From: an uncultured virus (IMG/VR IMGVR_UViG_2851731845_000003)
Lineage: Duplodnaviria; Heunggongvirae; Uroviricota; Caudoviricetes
Direction: 5' to 3' (one strand)
Length of the DNA: 64,000 bases
IMG/VR virus record: IMGVR_UViG_2851731845_000003
Below, piece by piece: positions 29,143 through 38,561 of the stretch (positions within the stretch are counted from its first letter, which is position 1; every line of letters begins with the position of its first letter). The position numbers were made by a program, and so were the translations under genes. The notes beneath the pieces are model-generated. The model did not search any database, was not told the DNA's origin, and saw only the letters and a list, made by a program, of their open reading frames with translations.

Positions 29143-32053
29143 TAAGAACCTCCGCTTACAGGTTTCTTTAAGTGCCATAGATAAAGTCACCAAGCCATTT
29201 AAATCTATGTTGGCCAGCAATAAGATGCTGGCCGCATCTATTAAAAACTCCAAAGAAGAACTTAAACAACTCAATAGCCAGGCGGCTAAAATTGAGGGCT
29301 TTCGCAAGAATAAAGTGGCGGTCAATGGTGCCGCTCAGGCGCTGGCCGCCGCCCGCGATAAAGCACGCCAGCTTGCCACCGAGTTAAAAAACAGTGCCTC
29401 CCCCACAGCTAAACAGGCTAGAGAGTTTAAGCGCGCCAGTGAAGAAGCCGCCAGGCTTAAGCAAAAATACAATGATTTACGTATTGCGTTACATACCCAA
29501 CGCACCGCATTACAAAGCAGCGGCATTGCCACTAACCGATTAGGTCAGGCTCAACGATCCCTTAAGGCTAATATCACCAGCACCACCGCCGCACTGACCG
29601 CACAGCAGCGCAGGTTAGAACAGCAAGCCCAACAGCAACAGCGCCTCAGTGCCGCCCGTAACCGCTTTGATAGCAGCAATCAGCGCAAAGCCATTGCCGC
29701 CGGATTGGGTTACACCTCGCTATCCACTGGTCGCGCGATGGGGCGCGGGATTGAGAACGCCTTGCATGTCGGTTATGAATTTGACGCCATGATGAGCGGC
29801 ACTCAGGCAGTAACCCGCATTCAAGATAAAAACTCGCCTGAAATGCAAGCTATGCGCCATCAGGCGCGCACCTTGCCTCTCTCTTCTAAATTTACCGATC
29901 TGCAAGTCGCCGAGGGTCAATATTATCTTGGTCGTACCGGCTACACCCCTAAACAAGTGGTTGGGGCGATGCCGGGTATGCTGAATCTGGCGGCCGCAGG
30001 CGATATTGATCTCGGTACTACGGCGGATATTGCTTCCAATATTCAAACCGCGATGGGTATACCGGCGGAGAAAATGGATCGGGTGGCCGACGTGCTCACC
30101 GCTCTGTTTACCCGTAATAACGTGGATATCCCGATGCTGGGTGAGTCTATGAAGTATTCCGGCGGTGTTGGCCGGGAATACGGGCAGAGTCTGGAAACGG
30201 TCGCCGCTTCCACCGCCATGCTGGGTAGCGCCGGTATTCAGGGGAGCCAGGCTGGTACCACCATGCGCAGCATCTTAAGCCGCATTGGTGGCTCTAGTAC
30301 CGTTAAAGATTTAGGCGTTAAGACCGCCGATAAAAACGGCAACATGCGCGATCTGGTGGATATTCTCAAAGATATCAATGAGAAAACCGCCAAGATGGGT
30401 AACGTTGAGCGCGGGGCTATCTTTAAGGACATAGCCGGGCAATATGCTGTCACCGGCTTTGGTGTGTTGATGCACGCTGCCGGTAATGGCTCGCTCGATA
30501 AGATGCGCGGGCAGCCAGGTGAGTATGACGGCGAGGCGGCTCGCGTGGCTGCTACCAAGCTGGACAACCTGAAAGGCGACATGACAATTATTCACGCAGC
30601 CTTGGAAAACGTCAGCGTTGAATTATTTGAAAAAAATGACGCATGGCTCAGGTCTACAGCCAAAAGTATTACTGAATTTATGCATGGTGTGGCTGAGTTC
30701 CTCAAGGCTCACCCAAAAATCAGTCTTGGCATTGTGCAAGTGGGTACCGCTATCGCTATTGCGACCGCCGCATTTGGCGCACTGGCGATTGCCGTTGTCG
30801 GTATTTTGGGGCCGTTCGCACTACTGCGCTTTACTACCTCAGTATTAGGCATTCGCTTGCTGCCGCGCTTGTCGTTTGGTATGTCCAGACTGGCAAGCAC
30901 TACCCCGATAACCACCACACAGATCGGCAACTTTAGTCGCTCACTGCTCACCCTGTCTAAAAATGGCGGTCAGTCGGCAATTGCCACCCTTAAAGGGCTG
31001 GGTAATGGTCTGGTTAATGTGGTGCGTTCACCGGTTAAATCCGGTATCAGCGGTTTTAAAATATTGGGCAATGCCGTTAGCTGGCTGGCTAAATCCCCGC
31101 TTAAATTCCTGCGCTTTGCCCTCGGTGGCTTGTTCGGGATATTAATCAGCCCGATTGGCCTCATTGGTGCGGCCATCGTTGGCGCTGGCTTGCTGATTTA
31201 CAAGTATTGGCAGCCAATTAAGGCATTTCTCGGTGGTGTGGTGGATGGTTTTATGCAAGCTGCCGCGCCAATCAAAGAGGCACTTAAACCGCTGGGGCCG
31301 GTATTTGACTGGATTGGTGATGCGGTTAAAAGCGTCTGGAACTGGTTTAAAAAGTTATTAGAGCCGGTGCAATCGACCACTGCCGACCTGAACAGCGCCG
31401 CCGATGCCGGTAAAGCCTTTGGTAAGTTCCTGGCTGATGGCATTGATTTAGCAATGACACCGCTTAAGTTATTAATTTCATCCATTAAGTGGGTATTGGA
31501 AAAGCTGGATGAAGTGAAACAGCGCTCCGAGAAAACCCGCGAACTGGCACAAGCAAATCCGGCGGTAGCTGCCGCCGCAGGTAATTACGGCATCACATGG
31601 AAGCCAGCCCCCAAGGGCAATAGCGCCGCTGATATCGCCGCGAAATATACCGGCGAATATGATAACGGCGGTTACATCCCATTAGGTAAATTTGGCGTGG
31701 TGGGTGAGCATGGCCCGGAAATCATTAACGGCCCGGCGCAGGTCACCGGCCGCCGGAATACTGCCGCTATGGCAGTTGCCGCCTCCATGCTATTTAGCGG
31801 CTATCAGGCCGCCGCCGCACCGCTGCATCCCTATAGTTTACCGGCTGCGCAGTACCGCAATCACCACACCGGGCCAACTAACAATGGTCAGCAAAAACAA
31901 ACTGGCGGCCATCCCGCGCCAATCATCAATATCTACCCGCTACCACAGCATGATGCACAGGATATTGCCCGCGAGGTGGCGCGACAACTTGCGGCCTATA
32001 ACCGCCAGGTACAAAACAAATCAAACCGCAGCTATCAAGACCATGACGACTAA
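29132..32053 (+). CDS. T: Tape measure protein
   Basis: 973 aa; LSAIDKVTKPF start, helical/hydrophobic repeats, GEHGPEI near the end. Confidence 0.9.
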   Translation: MMSDKNLRLQVSLSAIDKVTKPFKSMLASNKMLAASIKNSKEELKQLNSQAAKIEGFRKNKVAVNGAAQALAAARDKARQLATELKNSASPTAKQAREFKRASEEAARLKQKYNDLRIALHTQRTALQSSGIATNRLGQAQRSLKANITSTTAALTAQQRRLEQQAQQQQRLSAARNRFDSSNQRKAIAAGLGYTSLSTGRAMGRGIENALHVGYEFDAMMSGTQAVTRIQDKNSPEMQAMRHQARTLPLSSKFTDLQVAEGQYYLGRTGYTPKQVVGAMPGMLNLAAAGDIDLGTTADIASNIQTAMGIPAEKMDRVADVLTALFTRNNVDIPMLGESMKYSGGVGREYGQSLETVAASTAMLGSAGIQGSQAGTTMRSILSRIGGSSTVKDLGVKTADKNGNMRDLVDILKDINEKTAKMGNVERGAIFKDIAGQYAVTGFGVLMHAAGNGSLDKMRGQPGEYDGEAARVAATKLDNLKGDMTIIHAALENVSVELFEKNDAWLRSTAKSITEFMHGVAEFLKAHPKISLGIVQVGTAIAIATAAFGALAIAVVGILGPFALLRFTTSVLGIRLLPRLSFGMSRLASTTPITTTQIGNFSRSLLTLSKNGGQSAIATLKGLGNGLVNVVRSPVKSGISGFKILGNAVSWLAKSPLKFLRFALGGLFGILISPIGLIGAAIVGAGLLIYKYWQPIKAFLGGVVDGFMQAAAPIKEALKPLGPVFDWIGDAVKSVWNWFKKLLEPVQSTTADLNSAADAGKAFGKFLADGIDLAMTPLKLLISSIKWVLEKLDEVKQRSEKTRELAQANPAVAAAAGNYGITWKPAPKGNSAADIAAKYTGEYDNGGYIPLGKFGVVGEHGPEIINGPAQVTGRRNTAAMAVAASMLFSGYQAAAAPLHPYSLPAAQYRNHHTGPTNNGQQKQTGGHPAPIINIYPLPQHDAQDIAREVARQLAAYNRQVQNKSNRSYQDHDD

Positions 32054-32064
32054 GGAGCTATAAC

Positions 32065-32529
32065 ATGATGATGGCATTAGGGATGTTTGTCTTTATGTTG
32101 CAAACCGTCCCCTATCAAGATTTTCAGCATCAAATGGCATGGCGTCACCCGTCCAATGCCCGCTTTGGCTTGCGGCCTGTCAGTCAGTTTTTAGGGCCAG
32201 ACGAGGAATCAATTACCTTATCCGGTGTGTTATACCCTGAATTGACTGGCGGTAAAGTCTCACTGATGGCGTTACAACTGATGGCAGAAACCGGCAAAGC
32301 CTGGTCACTGATTGAGGGGAACGGCGCGATCCACGGCATGTTTGTGATTGAGAATCTTAGCCGTACTAAAAGTATTTTTTTTAGTGACGGGTCGGCGCGG
32401 AAAATTGAATTTACCCTCACGCTGAAACGTACCGATGAATCATTAAAAGAAATGTTTGGTGATTTATCTCAGCAATTTGATGATATTGCCTCTCAAATAT
32501 CTGACACTGCCAGCGGATTATTATCATGA
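32065..32529 (+). CDS. U: Tail protein U
   Basis: MMALGMFVF, QFLGPD, LSGVLYPE, DGSARKIEF. Confidence 0.95.
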   Translation: MMMALGMFVFMLQTVPYQDFQHQMAWRHPSNARFGLRPVSQFLGPDEESITLSGVLYPELTGGKVSLMALQLMAETGKAWSLIEGNGAIHGMFVIENLSRTKSIFFSDGSARKIEFTLTLKRTDESLKEMFGDLSQQFDDIASQISDTASGLLS

Positions 32530-33632
32530 ACATGATGGATAGCCTGCTAAATAGCGGCCATAACGCGCCGGATTATTCTATTACCGTGGATGGCATCGAT
32601 AAAAGCAGCGGCATTAAAAAGCGCCTAATGTCATTAACCCTAACCGATAATCGTGGCTTTGAAGCGGATCAGCTTGATATTGAGTTAGATGATTCAGACG
32701 GTCAATTAGTGCTACCACGCCGAGGGGCAAAAATAGCCGTAGCGTTAGGCTGGCAAGGGGCAGCGCTGATTGATAAAGGTACTTTCACCGTGGATGAAAT
32801 AGAGCACAGTGGCGCACCGGATAAGCTGACTATTCGCGCCCGCAGTGCGGATTTTCGTGAAACGCTGAATGTTCGCCGTGATCAGTCTTACCATAAAACC
32901 ACCATTGGTGGGATCATTAAAATAATTGCCGAGCGCAATAAACTCACGCCAACTTTAAATAAAGCCATGTCTGATTTAACGGTTGACCATATAGACCAAA
33001 CCAACGAATCAGACGGTAATTTAATTACCCGCTTGGCGAAACAATATGGCGCTATTGCCGCCGTGAAGAATGGCAATTTGTTATTTATTAAACAAGGCCA
33101 ATCGAAAACTGCCAGCGGTAAACCGATACCAGTCATGACCGTTATCCGCAGTTTGGGTGACGGCCATCAATTTAGTATGGCTGACCGAGGCGCATATACC
33201 GGCGTAGTGGCGAACTGGCTTAATACCCGCACCACGGAAAAACCGGTGGTTAAGGTAAAGCGCAAACGAAAAAGAAAAACAACCGCCGCCACGAAGCCCA
33301 AAGAGCCAGAAGAGAAACAAGGTGAATATCTGATTGGCACGGATGAAAACGTGCTGACCTTGCGCACCACTTACGCCAGTAAAAACAACGCACAACGGGC
33401 GGCTAAATCGAATTGGGAACGGCTGCAACGTGGCGCGGCGAAATTCTCCATCCAACTTGCCAAGGGTCGCGCCGATCTTTATCCAGAAGTGCCGGTTAAA
33501 GTGACCGGATTCAAAAAGCAGATTGACGAGGCCGATTGGACGCTAGTCACTGTTACCCATTCAGTGAGTGACACCGGCTTTACTACCGCGCTGGAATTAG
33601 AGGTGAAAATAGATGATTTGGATATGGAATGA
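32526..33632 (+). CDS. D: Late control/baseplate hub D
   Basis: LTDNRGFEADQLDIELDD, HIDQTNESD, GRADLYPE. Confidence 0.95.
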   Translation: MNMMDSLLNSGHNAPDYSITVDGIDKSSGIKKRLMSLTLTDNRGFEADQLDIELDDSDGQLVLPRRGAKIAVALGWQGAALIDKGTFTVDEIEHSGAPDKLTIRARSADFRETLNVRRDQSYHKTTIGGIIKIIAERNKLTPTLNKAMSDLTVDHIDQTNESDGNLITRLAKQYGAIAAVKNGNLLFIKQGQSKTASGKPIPVMTVIRSLGDGHQFSMADRGAYTGVVANWLNTRTTEKPVVKVKRKRKRKTTAATKPKEPEEKQGEYLIGTDENVLTLRTTYASKNNAQRAAKSNWERLQRGAAKFSIQLAKGRADLYPEVPVKVTGFKKQIDEADWTLVTVTHSVSDTGFTTALELEVKIDDLDME

Positions 33633-33706
33633 TGATTTTTAATCAATAATCACGCATAATTATCATTAACACCGACCATAGTCGGGATGATGCCGGAGTC
33701 CGGATC

Positions 33707-33922
33707 ATGTTCAATTGCCCTTTATGCCACAGTGCAGCCCATACCCGCAGTAGTAGCCAAATCACCACCGAAACCAAAGAACGCTATCACCAGTGCATCA
33801 ATGTGAATTGCGGCCATACCTTTGTGACGATGGAAAGTTTTATGCGTTCAATATCAAAACCAGGTGAAATTAACCCAGTTCAACCCCACCCACAAAACGG
33901 TGGTCAGGTGGTTATGTTCTGA
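33707..33922 (+). CDS. ogr: Ogr/Delta zinc-finger late activator
   Basis: CPLC..AHTRSS..ERYHQC.N.NCGHTF. Confidence 0.95.
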   Translation: MFNCPLCHSAAHTRSSSQITTETKERYHQCINVNCGHTFVTMESFMRSISKPGEINPVQPHPQNGGQVVMF

Positions 33923-33952
33923 CTACCGAAAATATATTTATCTGCCCTACCT

Positions 33953-33978
33953 TAATCCTGCTTTCGGCGGGATTTTTC
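33953..33978 (+). terminator. Terminator after ogr
   Basis: AATCCTGC-TTTCG-GCGGGATTTTT. Confidence 0.65.
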
Positions 33979-33996
33979 ATGGCATCAAAAAACTGG

Positions 33997-34026
33997 TGCT
34001 GCCACCCTGCTGCCATTTTGCTGCCA
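33997..34026 (+). repeat. Candidate integrase arm-type sites
   Basis: TGCTGCCA three times at 11-bp period; one copy on the other arm at 1688-1695. Confidence 0.65.
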
Positions 34027-34043
34027 CTTGCCAAATTTCAGGC

Positions 34044-34166
34044 ACAAAAAAACCGCCTCACGGCGGTTAACGACATACTCATACTACTTTGTTTTACTTA
34101 GATTTGTTTCCATGGTGCCCGGGGCGGGACTTGAACCCGCACAGCCATAAGCCGAGGGATTTTAAA
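34044..34166. repeat. att direct repeat, right copy; junction between the two prophages
   Basis: 123-bp match to 1473-1595. Confidence 0.95.
34113..34166 (-). pseudogene. leuZ: 3' half of tRNA-Leu(TAA), att fragment
   Basis: Minus strand TTTAAAATCCCTCGGC..CCCGCCCCGGGCACCA; sequence 5' of it is not tRNA-like. Confidence 0.85.
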
Positions 34167-34308
34167 TTGCCATTGGTTTTAAGTTAAAACAATGAGTTAG
34201 ATATGATATTCATAATATATTAACTTTTTTATGATCTTTATAATCAGCGGGTTATGTCAGACGGTAGCCCGCTATTATGAATCCCTATTGATAATCACCA
34301 CCACTTTA

Positions 34309-34324
34309 CTGTATAAAAACACAG
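34309..34324 (+). promoter_or_regulatory. LexA (SOS) box
   Basis: CTGTATAAAAACACAG = CTG-N10-CAG just upstream of dinI-like genes. Confidence 0.85.
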
Positions 34325-34346
34325 TTACTTAATGAGGTGTGAAATC

Positions 34347-34589
34347 ATGAAAGTTGAACTGGTTTACGATAAGCGAAACGTGAAAGAGATTCCGGGTGCC
34401 AACGAGCTGATCCTGGCTGAACTAACCAAGCGTGTGCGCCGTGTCTTCCCTAAAGCTGAGGTCAAGGTTAAGCCCATGCAAGCGAATGGCATCAATACCG
34501 ACGCCAGCAAAGGTGATAAGGCCATCCTCAGCCGACTGGTTGAGGAAATGTTTGATGAAGCAGATCAGTGGCTAGTTATCGATATTTAA
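34347..34589 (+). CDS. DinI-like protein
   Basis: VELVYDKRN..ELTKRV..VKPMQAN..EEMFDEADQW; RBS GAGGTG. Confidence 0.8.
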   Translation: MKVELVYDKRNVKEIPGANELILAELTKRVRRVFPKAEVKVKPMQANGINTDASKGDKAILSRLVEEMFDEADQWLVIDI

Positions 34590-34602
34590 TTGAGGGGGAT
34601 TT

Positions 34603-34848
34603 ATGCTGCGTGTCGAAGTGACGATAGATAAGCTGAATGCGAAGAGCTTTCCGGTTGGCTACACTAATGCTCTGACAGAAGAGTTAACAAATCGCCTCAG
34701 TCGGAAATTTAGCGATTTTGACGTGAAAGTAAGATTTGCGGGCGCGGATGGATTAACCGTTCTAGGTGGGATGCCTGATGACAAAGAAGTGATTCAGGAG
34801 ATTTTGAAGGAGACGTGGGAAAGTGCAGATGATTGGTTTCAGGCGTGA
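34603..34848 (+). CDS. dinI: DinI-family protein
   Basis: MLRVEVTIDK..ALTEEL..GLTVLG..ILKETWESADDWF. Confidence 0.85.
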   Translation: MLRVEVTIDKLNAKSFPVGYTNALTEELTNRLSRKFSDFDVKVRFAGADGLTVLGGMPDDKEVIQEILKETWESADDWFQA

Positions 34849-34932
34849 ACTGTCAGTTAATAAAGTAGATGAATAGACCGGGCCATTAAGCCCGGTATTG
34901 TATTTATTATACTGGCATCCCTGCCATATCAG

Positions 34933-35115
34933 TTATGGATAGATAGGCGTAGGTAAACTCACTTGAACATAGTCCGGCATCTTTTCATAAAACACTATGT
35001 AGCGGGGGTCATCCACCTCAACTTCTCCCAAGAACGAATAATAAATTGGATCTTGCTGGCAGCAGAAATAACTAATAATGACTGCCTCAGTAGCGTCTGC
35101 AAATTGAACATACAT
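34933..35115 (-). CDS. Small tail-fibre-associated protein
   Basis: Homologous to 26556-26738 (VQFADA..CQQDPIYY.FLGEVEV.DPRYI). Confidence 0.7.
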   Translation of the reverse strand: MYVQFADATEAVIISYFCCQQDPIYYSFLGEVEVDDPRYIVFYEKMPDYVQVSLPTPIYP

Positions 35116-35128
35116 AGCATTTCCTCTC

Positions 35129-36352
35129 TTAGAACGTGTACCCGTTTATATCAATAACGAATAGAGACACCGTACCGTTTGAGGCCGCCTTATAATAAAC
35201 CGCCTGCGGGGTAATGATGGGGATTTCAGGTAGAGATGCGTTTAATGTTGTTATCTGGGCCGACTGAATCAAATGCTCATAAATCCCTGACGCTGATGAC
35301 GCGACAAAAATCTGATTATTTGCCGGGCCCGTTGTCGTTATCCCTACCCAACCATTAACCGATTTAGCATTAATAGGAACAGTAGCAGCAAGACCGAGGG
35401 CCACATAATTTGCAGGCAAACTAGTCGATGTTGTTACTGGCACAACTGGCGTAATTATTTTCCTATCCGCCTGGTACCCAATAACAAACTGACTACTCGC
35501 TATTCTCCATACACTAACTAATGCCGAGGCTGTATATCCTGACGGCATAATCCCCGCGCAAACCTCCGGAGCTAACACCGATGTTGTATTAACAGCCAAC
35601 AATGCAGAGGCTTGAGTGGATGGGTTGTAAATCGCATACAGCGCGACAAATCCCGTAACCGGAACTGCGCCAGTGTCCATACCGCCAGCGCCAGTGGTCG
35701 CCAAGTTAATCGTTTTGTTGAAGCCAGTTAGCTTGTACTGAAGCCCACCTAACGCCGTTTGCACGATTAATTCATCTGCCGTGAAAGTGGCTGTTGTCGA
35801 AGTTGCCGGAATGTACATTCGCGCATTGCGTGAAGTTCCCACCACGCCAGTTAATTGCGGCAAATGTGCGACGTCGCTTAAACCAAGGTTGGTGAGAGTG
35901 GTATTGACCGCCCCCAGGCCAGCCGCTGCAATCTCAGCCAGGTTGCTCGATATTTTTAAGGTGGCATCACTTACTGTTTTAATGGCTTTTGGTGTTGCAG
36001 CTAATGCTTCACTGTTGCTGGTTATGGAACTACTTAGCTGTGCAATACCTGCGATAGATGTTGATGCTGCTGGCAGGCTGGCGTTAGCATATGTCTTAAT
36101 AGCCAGTTCCAGATTTGTTAGCAGCGTTGCTGTATCACCATCATCCAGTACATCATGCGCTGAACGGTTCGCAATGAATTGAGCCAGTACGGACGCCACA
36201 AATGCGGATTGACGCCAAATTTTATTTAGCTGCTCAGACTTAGCGACTCCCGATGAGAAACCACCAGAACGCGCCGCCAGCGCCTCATATTGCTCTTGCG
36301 TCATTACATTCGATTCAACGCCAAGTCCGAACGGGAGAATTTCATTAGTCAT
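35129..36352 (-). CDS. Tail fibre
   Basis: GFSSGVAKSEQLNKIWRQ N-terminus, AATPKA repeat, C-terminus shared with P2 gpH. Confidence 0.85.
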   Translation of the reverse strand: MTNEILPFGLGVESNVMTQEQYEALAARSGGFSSGVAKSEQLNKIWRQSAFVASVLAQFIANRSAHDVLDDGDTATLLTNLELAIKTYANASLPAASTSIAGIAQLSSSITSNSEALAATPKAIKTVSDATLKISSNLAEIAAAGLGAVNTTLTNLGLSDVAHLPQLTGVVGTSRNARMYIPATSTTATFTADELIVQTALGGLQYKLTGFNKTINLATTGAGGMDTGAVPVTGFVALYAIYNPSTQASALLAVNTTSVLAPEVCAGIMPSGYTASALVSVWRIASSQFVIGYQADRKIITPVVPVTTSTSLPANYVALGLAATVPINAKSVNGWVGITTTGPANNQIFVASSASGIYEHLIQSAQITTLNASLPEIPIITPQAVYYKAASNGTVSLFVIDINGYTF

Positions 36353-37019
36353 TTGCTGCCCTTAATGGTGAACCCCAGGATGCACTATCGAACCCTCGGG
36401 AATATTCGTTATCTAAATCGAAGCCGAATAACGCACCGGCCTCAGTTGAAATGATGTAATTAGTGACGCCTACGCCTGCCGGTTTAACGTCTAAATATCC
36501 TTGTGCAATAACCGCCCGCATCACCGATGAGATTTGCTCGCCAGCAATGTAAATAGTCATGGTCATGTCGAAGTTATCGACAGCGAAAATCTTGGTTCGC
36601 CCATCAGGGAAAATACTCTGGTAAATATCACCGAGGGTTTCCACTGTGCCATCCCAGTGATTGGCCTGGATCTTTGCCCGAAGTATCGTGCGGTAAGTCT
36701 CATCGTCCAATCGAGTGAAGCCTGTTAACGAGTCATATGGCCCTTTCCAACTCCCCAGATCAAATCCAAGCCCCTCGGTATCCAGTGAGAAATACACATC
36801 GGTGATTGGCGTTCTGATGTTTCGCCCAATACCTACCCATAGCCCGACCGCATCCTCTTGATTGCCTATTGAGCTATCGAGATCAAAGTCGTTTGTGAGT
36901 TGATTTGTCGTCTGCTGGATACCGAGGAACGGTGCGGTGATTAGGGATATATGATCGTAAAACTTAGGCTTCTTTTTATGATATGGCGTGATGAGACGTT
37001 GATATTTAGTCTCATTCAT
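36345..37019 (-). CDS. Baseplate protein (DUF2612-like)
   Basis: FDLDS.IG..D.VGLWVG, LDDETYR.ILRAKI.AN.WDG, KPAGV. Confidence 0.75.
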   Translation of the reverse strand: MNETKYQRLITPYHKKKPKFYDHISLITAPFLGIQQTTNQLTNDFDLDSSIGNQEDAVGLWVGIGRNIRTPITDVYFSLDTEGLGFDLGSWKGPYDSLTGFTRLDDETYRTILRAKIQANHWDGTVETLGDIYQSIFPDGRTKIFAVDNFDMTMTIYIAGEQISSVMRAVIAQGYLDVKPAGVGVTNYIISTEAGALFGFDLDNEYSRGFDSASWGSPLRAAND

Positions 37020-38206
37020 TAGGTCACCACTAAGGTTATATTCTCCGGCACACAAGCTGCTGCGTTGTTAAATGCTATCTCAATGTTGTTTTCAGATAAC
37101 GCCACAGGATAAATGCCGATTTCCAACAAAGTAATATCGTAAGTCAGCCGTTCAATGCTGCCATTTAATTGCGCAGGTAGATCAAGTCGCTTAATACGTA
37201 CCGGATCGCCAATTTCTATTTCATTAATATATTCCGCTATTGAGTTTTTAATAGCGGTACCGATTGATGAGGTATAGCCCTGTAGCGCCTTAATTTCTAA
37301 TCTGACATAAATCTGTACGGTACCTTTGCGGAAGAAATTAATCGGGTGAACAATCCCATACTTATCCGTAATCGGGATCGTGGTGGTGCCATATGTCCCC
37401 GAGCCTGGGCCTTTTTTCAATGCAATGGATTGGGCGATCTCTGTCGCATCACCGCCATCAACTACGATAGAGATCGAGTGACTGGGTATTCCGTTGCCAT
37501 CGGTAATGCTAGTGTCGTTCTCATAGCCGCGATACCGCTCAACGCCACTGATGCCCGCAATAGCCCCTAAGATACCATCCAGCACCGTACGTGACGGTAG
37601 CGCCACTGATACTGCCTGCCTGACACGCAACTCCGCATCTACTTCTACCGGTTTACCCAGAGTAGCGCCTGTTGGGTTATTGACGGTTAACCAGCCTCGC
37701 GTCGGTGTCGCTATCTCTTTTACGGTATTGGCCAGTGCGACAATTGCGCCCGGTACCGAGCAAATCGCCGTAGCAGTTGCCGTGCCATCTAGACCAATAA
37801 TCACGCTGGCCGGTAAATCCCACCGAACACCATCAGCATCACGCGCTGCGCCGTTGGTAATCTCTAACCCGACATTGCCGGTGATCAGCACATCAACAGT
37901 TGAATTGGTCTCCTTGTCCCGCTTAATGCCGTTAATTTTTACATTACTGGAAAGCCCATTTCCGACTGCGGTTGCCGGAGAAAACGAGTTATATACCGCA
38001 ATGGCGCTATTGTTAGCATCGTGGATTCCCAGCGCATACAGAGTGACCATCTGCCCGTCTTTACTGTCAGCATCCAGATAGCTGTCACCGCCGTAAATCT
38101 CTTGGAAATAACTGACAAGGGTGCTGCGGATGGTCTCAAAATCGGGCGCAGTTATCCCCGTAGCGCTGACAATTGCATTCAGCCCTAACGTATCAAGGTT
38201 TAACAT
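37019..38206 (-). CDS. Baseplate J/gp47-like protein
   Basis: YNSFSP.TA.G, E.DAELRVR, YENDT..D.NGIPSHSI. Confidence 0.85.
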   Translation of the reverse strand: MLNLDTLGLNAIVSATGITAPDFETIRSTLVSYFQEIYGGDSYLDADSKDGQMVTLYALGIHDANNSAIAVYNSFSPATAVGNGLSSNVKINGIKRDKETNSTVDVLITGNVGLEITNGAARDADGVRWDLPASVIIGLDGTATATAICSVPGAIVALANTVKEIATPTRGWLTVNNPTGATLGKPVEVDAELRVRQAVSVALPSRTVLDGILGAIAGISGVERYRGYENDTSITDGNGIPSHSISIVVDGGDATEIAQSIALKKGPGSGTYGTTTIPITDKYGIVHPINFFRKGTVQIYVRLEIKALQGYTSSIGTAIKNSIAEYINEIEIGDPVRIKRLDLPAQLNGSIERLTYDITLLEIGIYPVALSENNIEIAFNNAAACVPENITLVVT

Positions 38207-38560
38207 TTATGCCTCGCTGGTAACGGTGGTGGTGCCGTAAATAGTGTCTATTGTTGCGGTGAAAGTGACACGACGATTTTCGCCGGTATAGCTGGCTTCA
38301 AATTCCAGAATTGCGCTAACGCCCTGCGTATCAAGAATACGCTCACGGATAGCCAGGATATAAACATCAGACCGTTGCTTACCGAGTACTGACTGAATAT
38401 AGGGCGTACCCTCAGTTAAATCTAAAAACCACTGGCCTCGCCATAATTCAAAGCGGGTTTTTACCGCCTGAGCGACCGCCTCCGGTGAGTTAATAAGGAA
38501 GGTGTTATCACCCTGACCGAATGTGTAATCGCCGTTCTCGTCCTCTCTGCGATAGCGCAT
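38207..38560 (-). CDS. Baseplate wedge (gp25/gp46-like)
   Basis: AVAQAVKTR..WRGQWFLD..GTPY, TIYG. Confidence 0.75.
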   Translation of the reverse strand: MRYRREDENGDYTFGQGDNTFLINSPEAVAQAVKTRFELWRGQWFLDLTEGTPYIQSVLGKQRSDVYILAIRERILDTQGVSAILEFEASYTGENRRVTFTATIDTIYGTTTVTSEA

Positions 38561-38561
38561 A

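Larger units (their letters stand above)
1473..34166. mobile_element. P2/186-like prophage, apparently complete, integrated at tRNA-Leu(TAA)
   Basis: Canonical P2 order int-repressor-cox-A-cos-Q-P-O-N-M-L-X-lysis-R-S-V-W-J-I-H-FI-FII-E-T-U-D-ogr between 123-bp direct repeats. Confidence 0.95.

Noticed and set aside
34113..34200. Intact tRNA-Leu gene
   Set aside because: The sequence 5' of the anticodon loop has no D-arm or acceptor 5' strand; the same holds for the copy at 1542-1595
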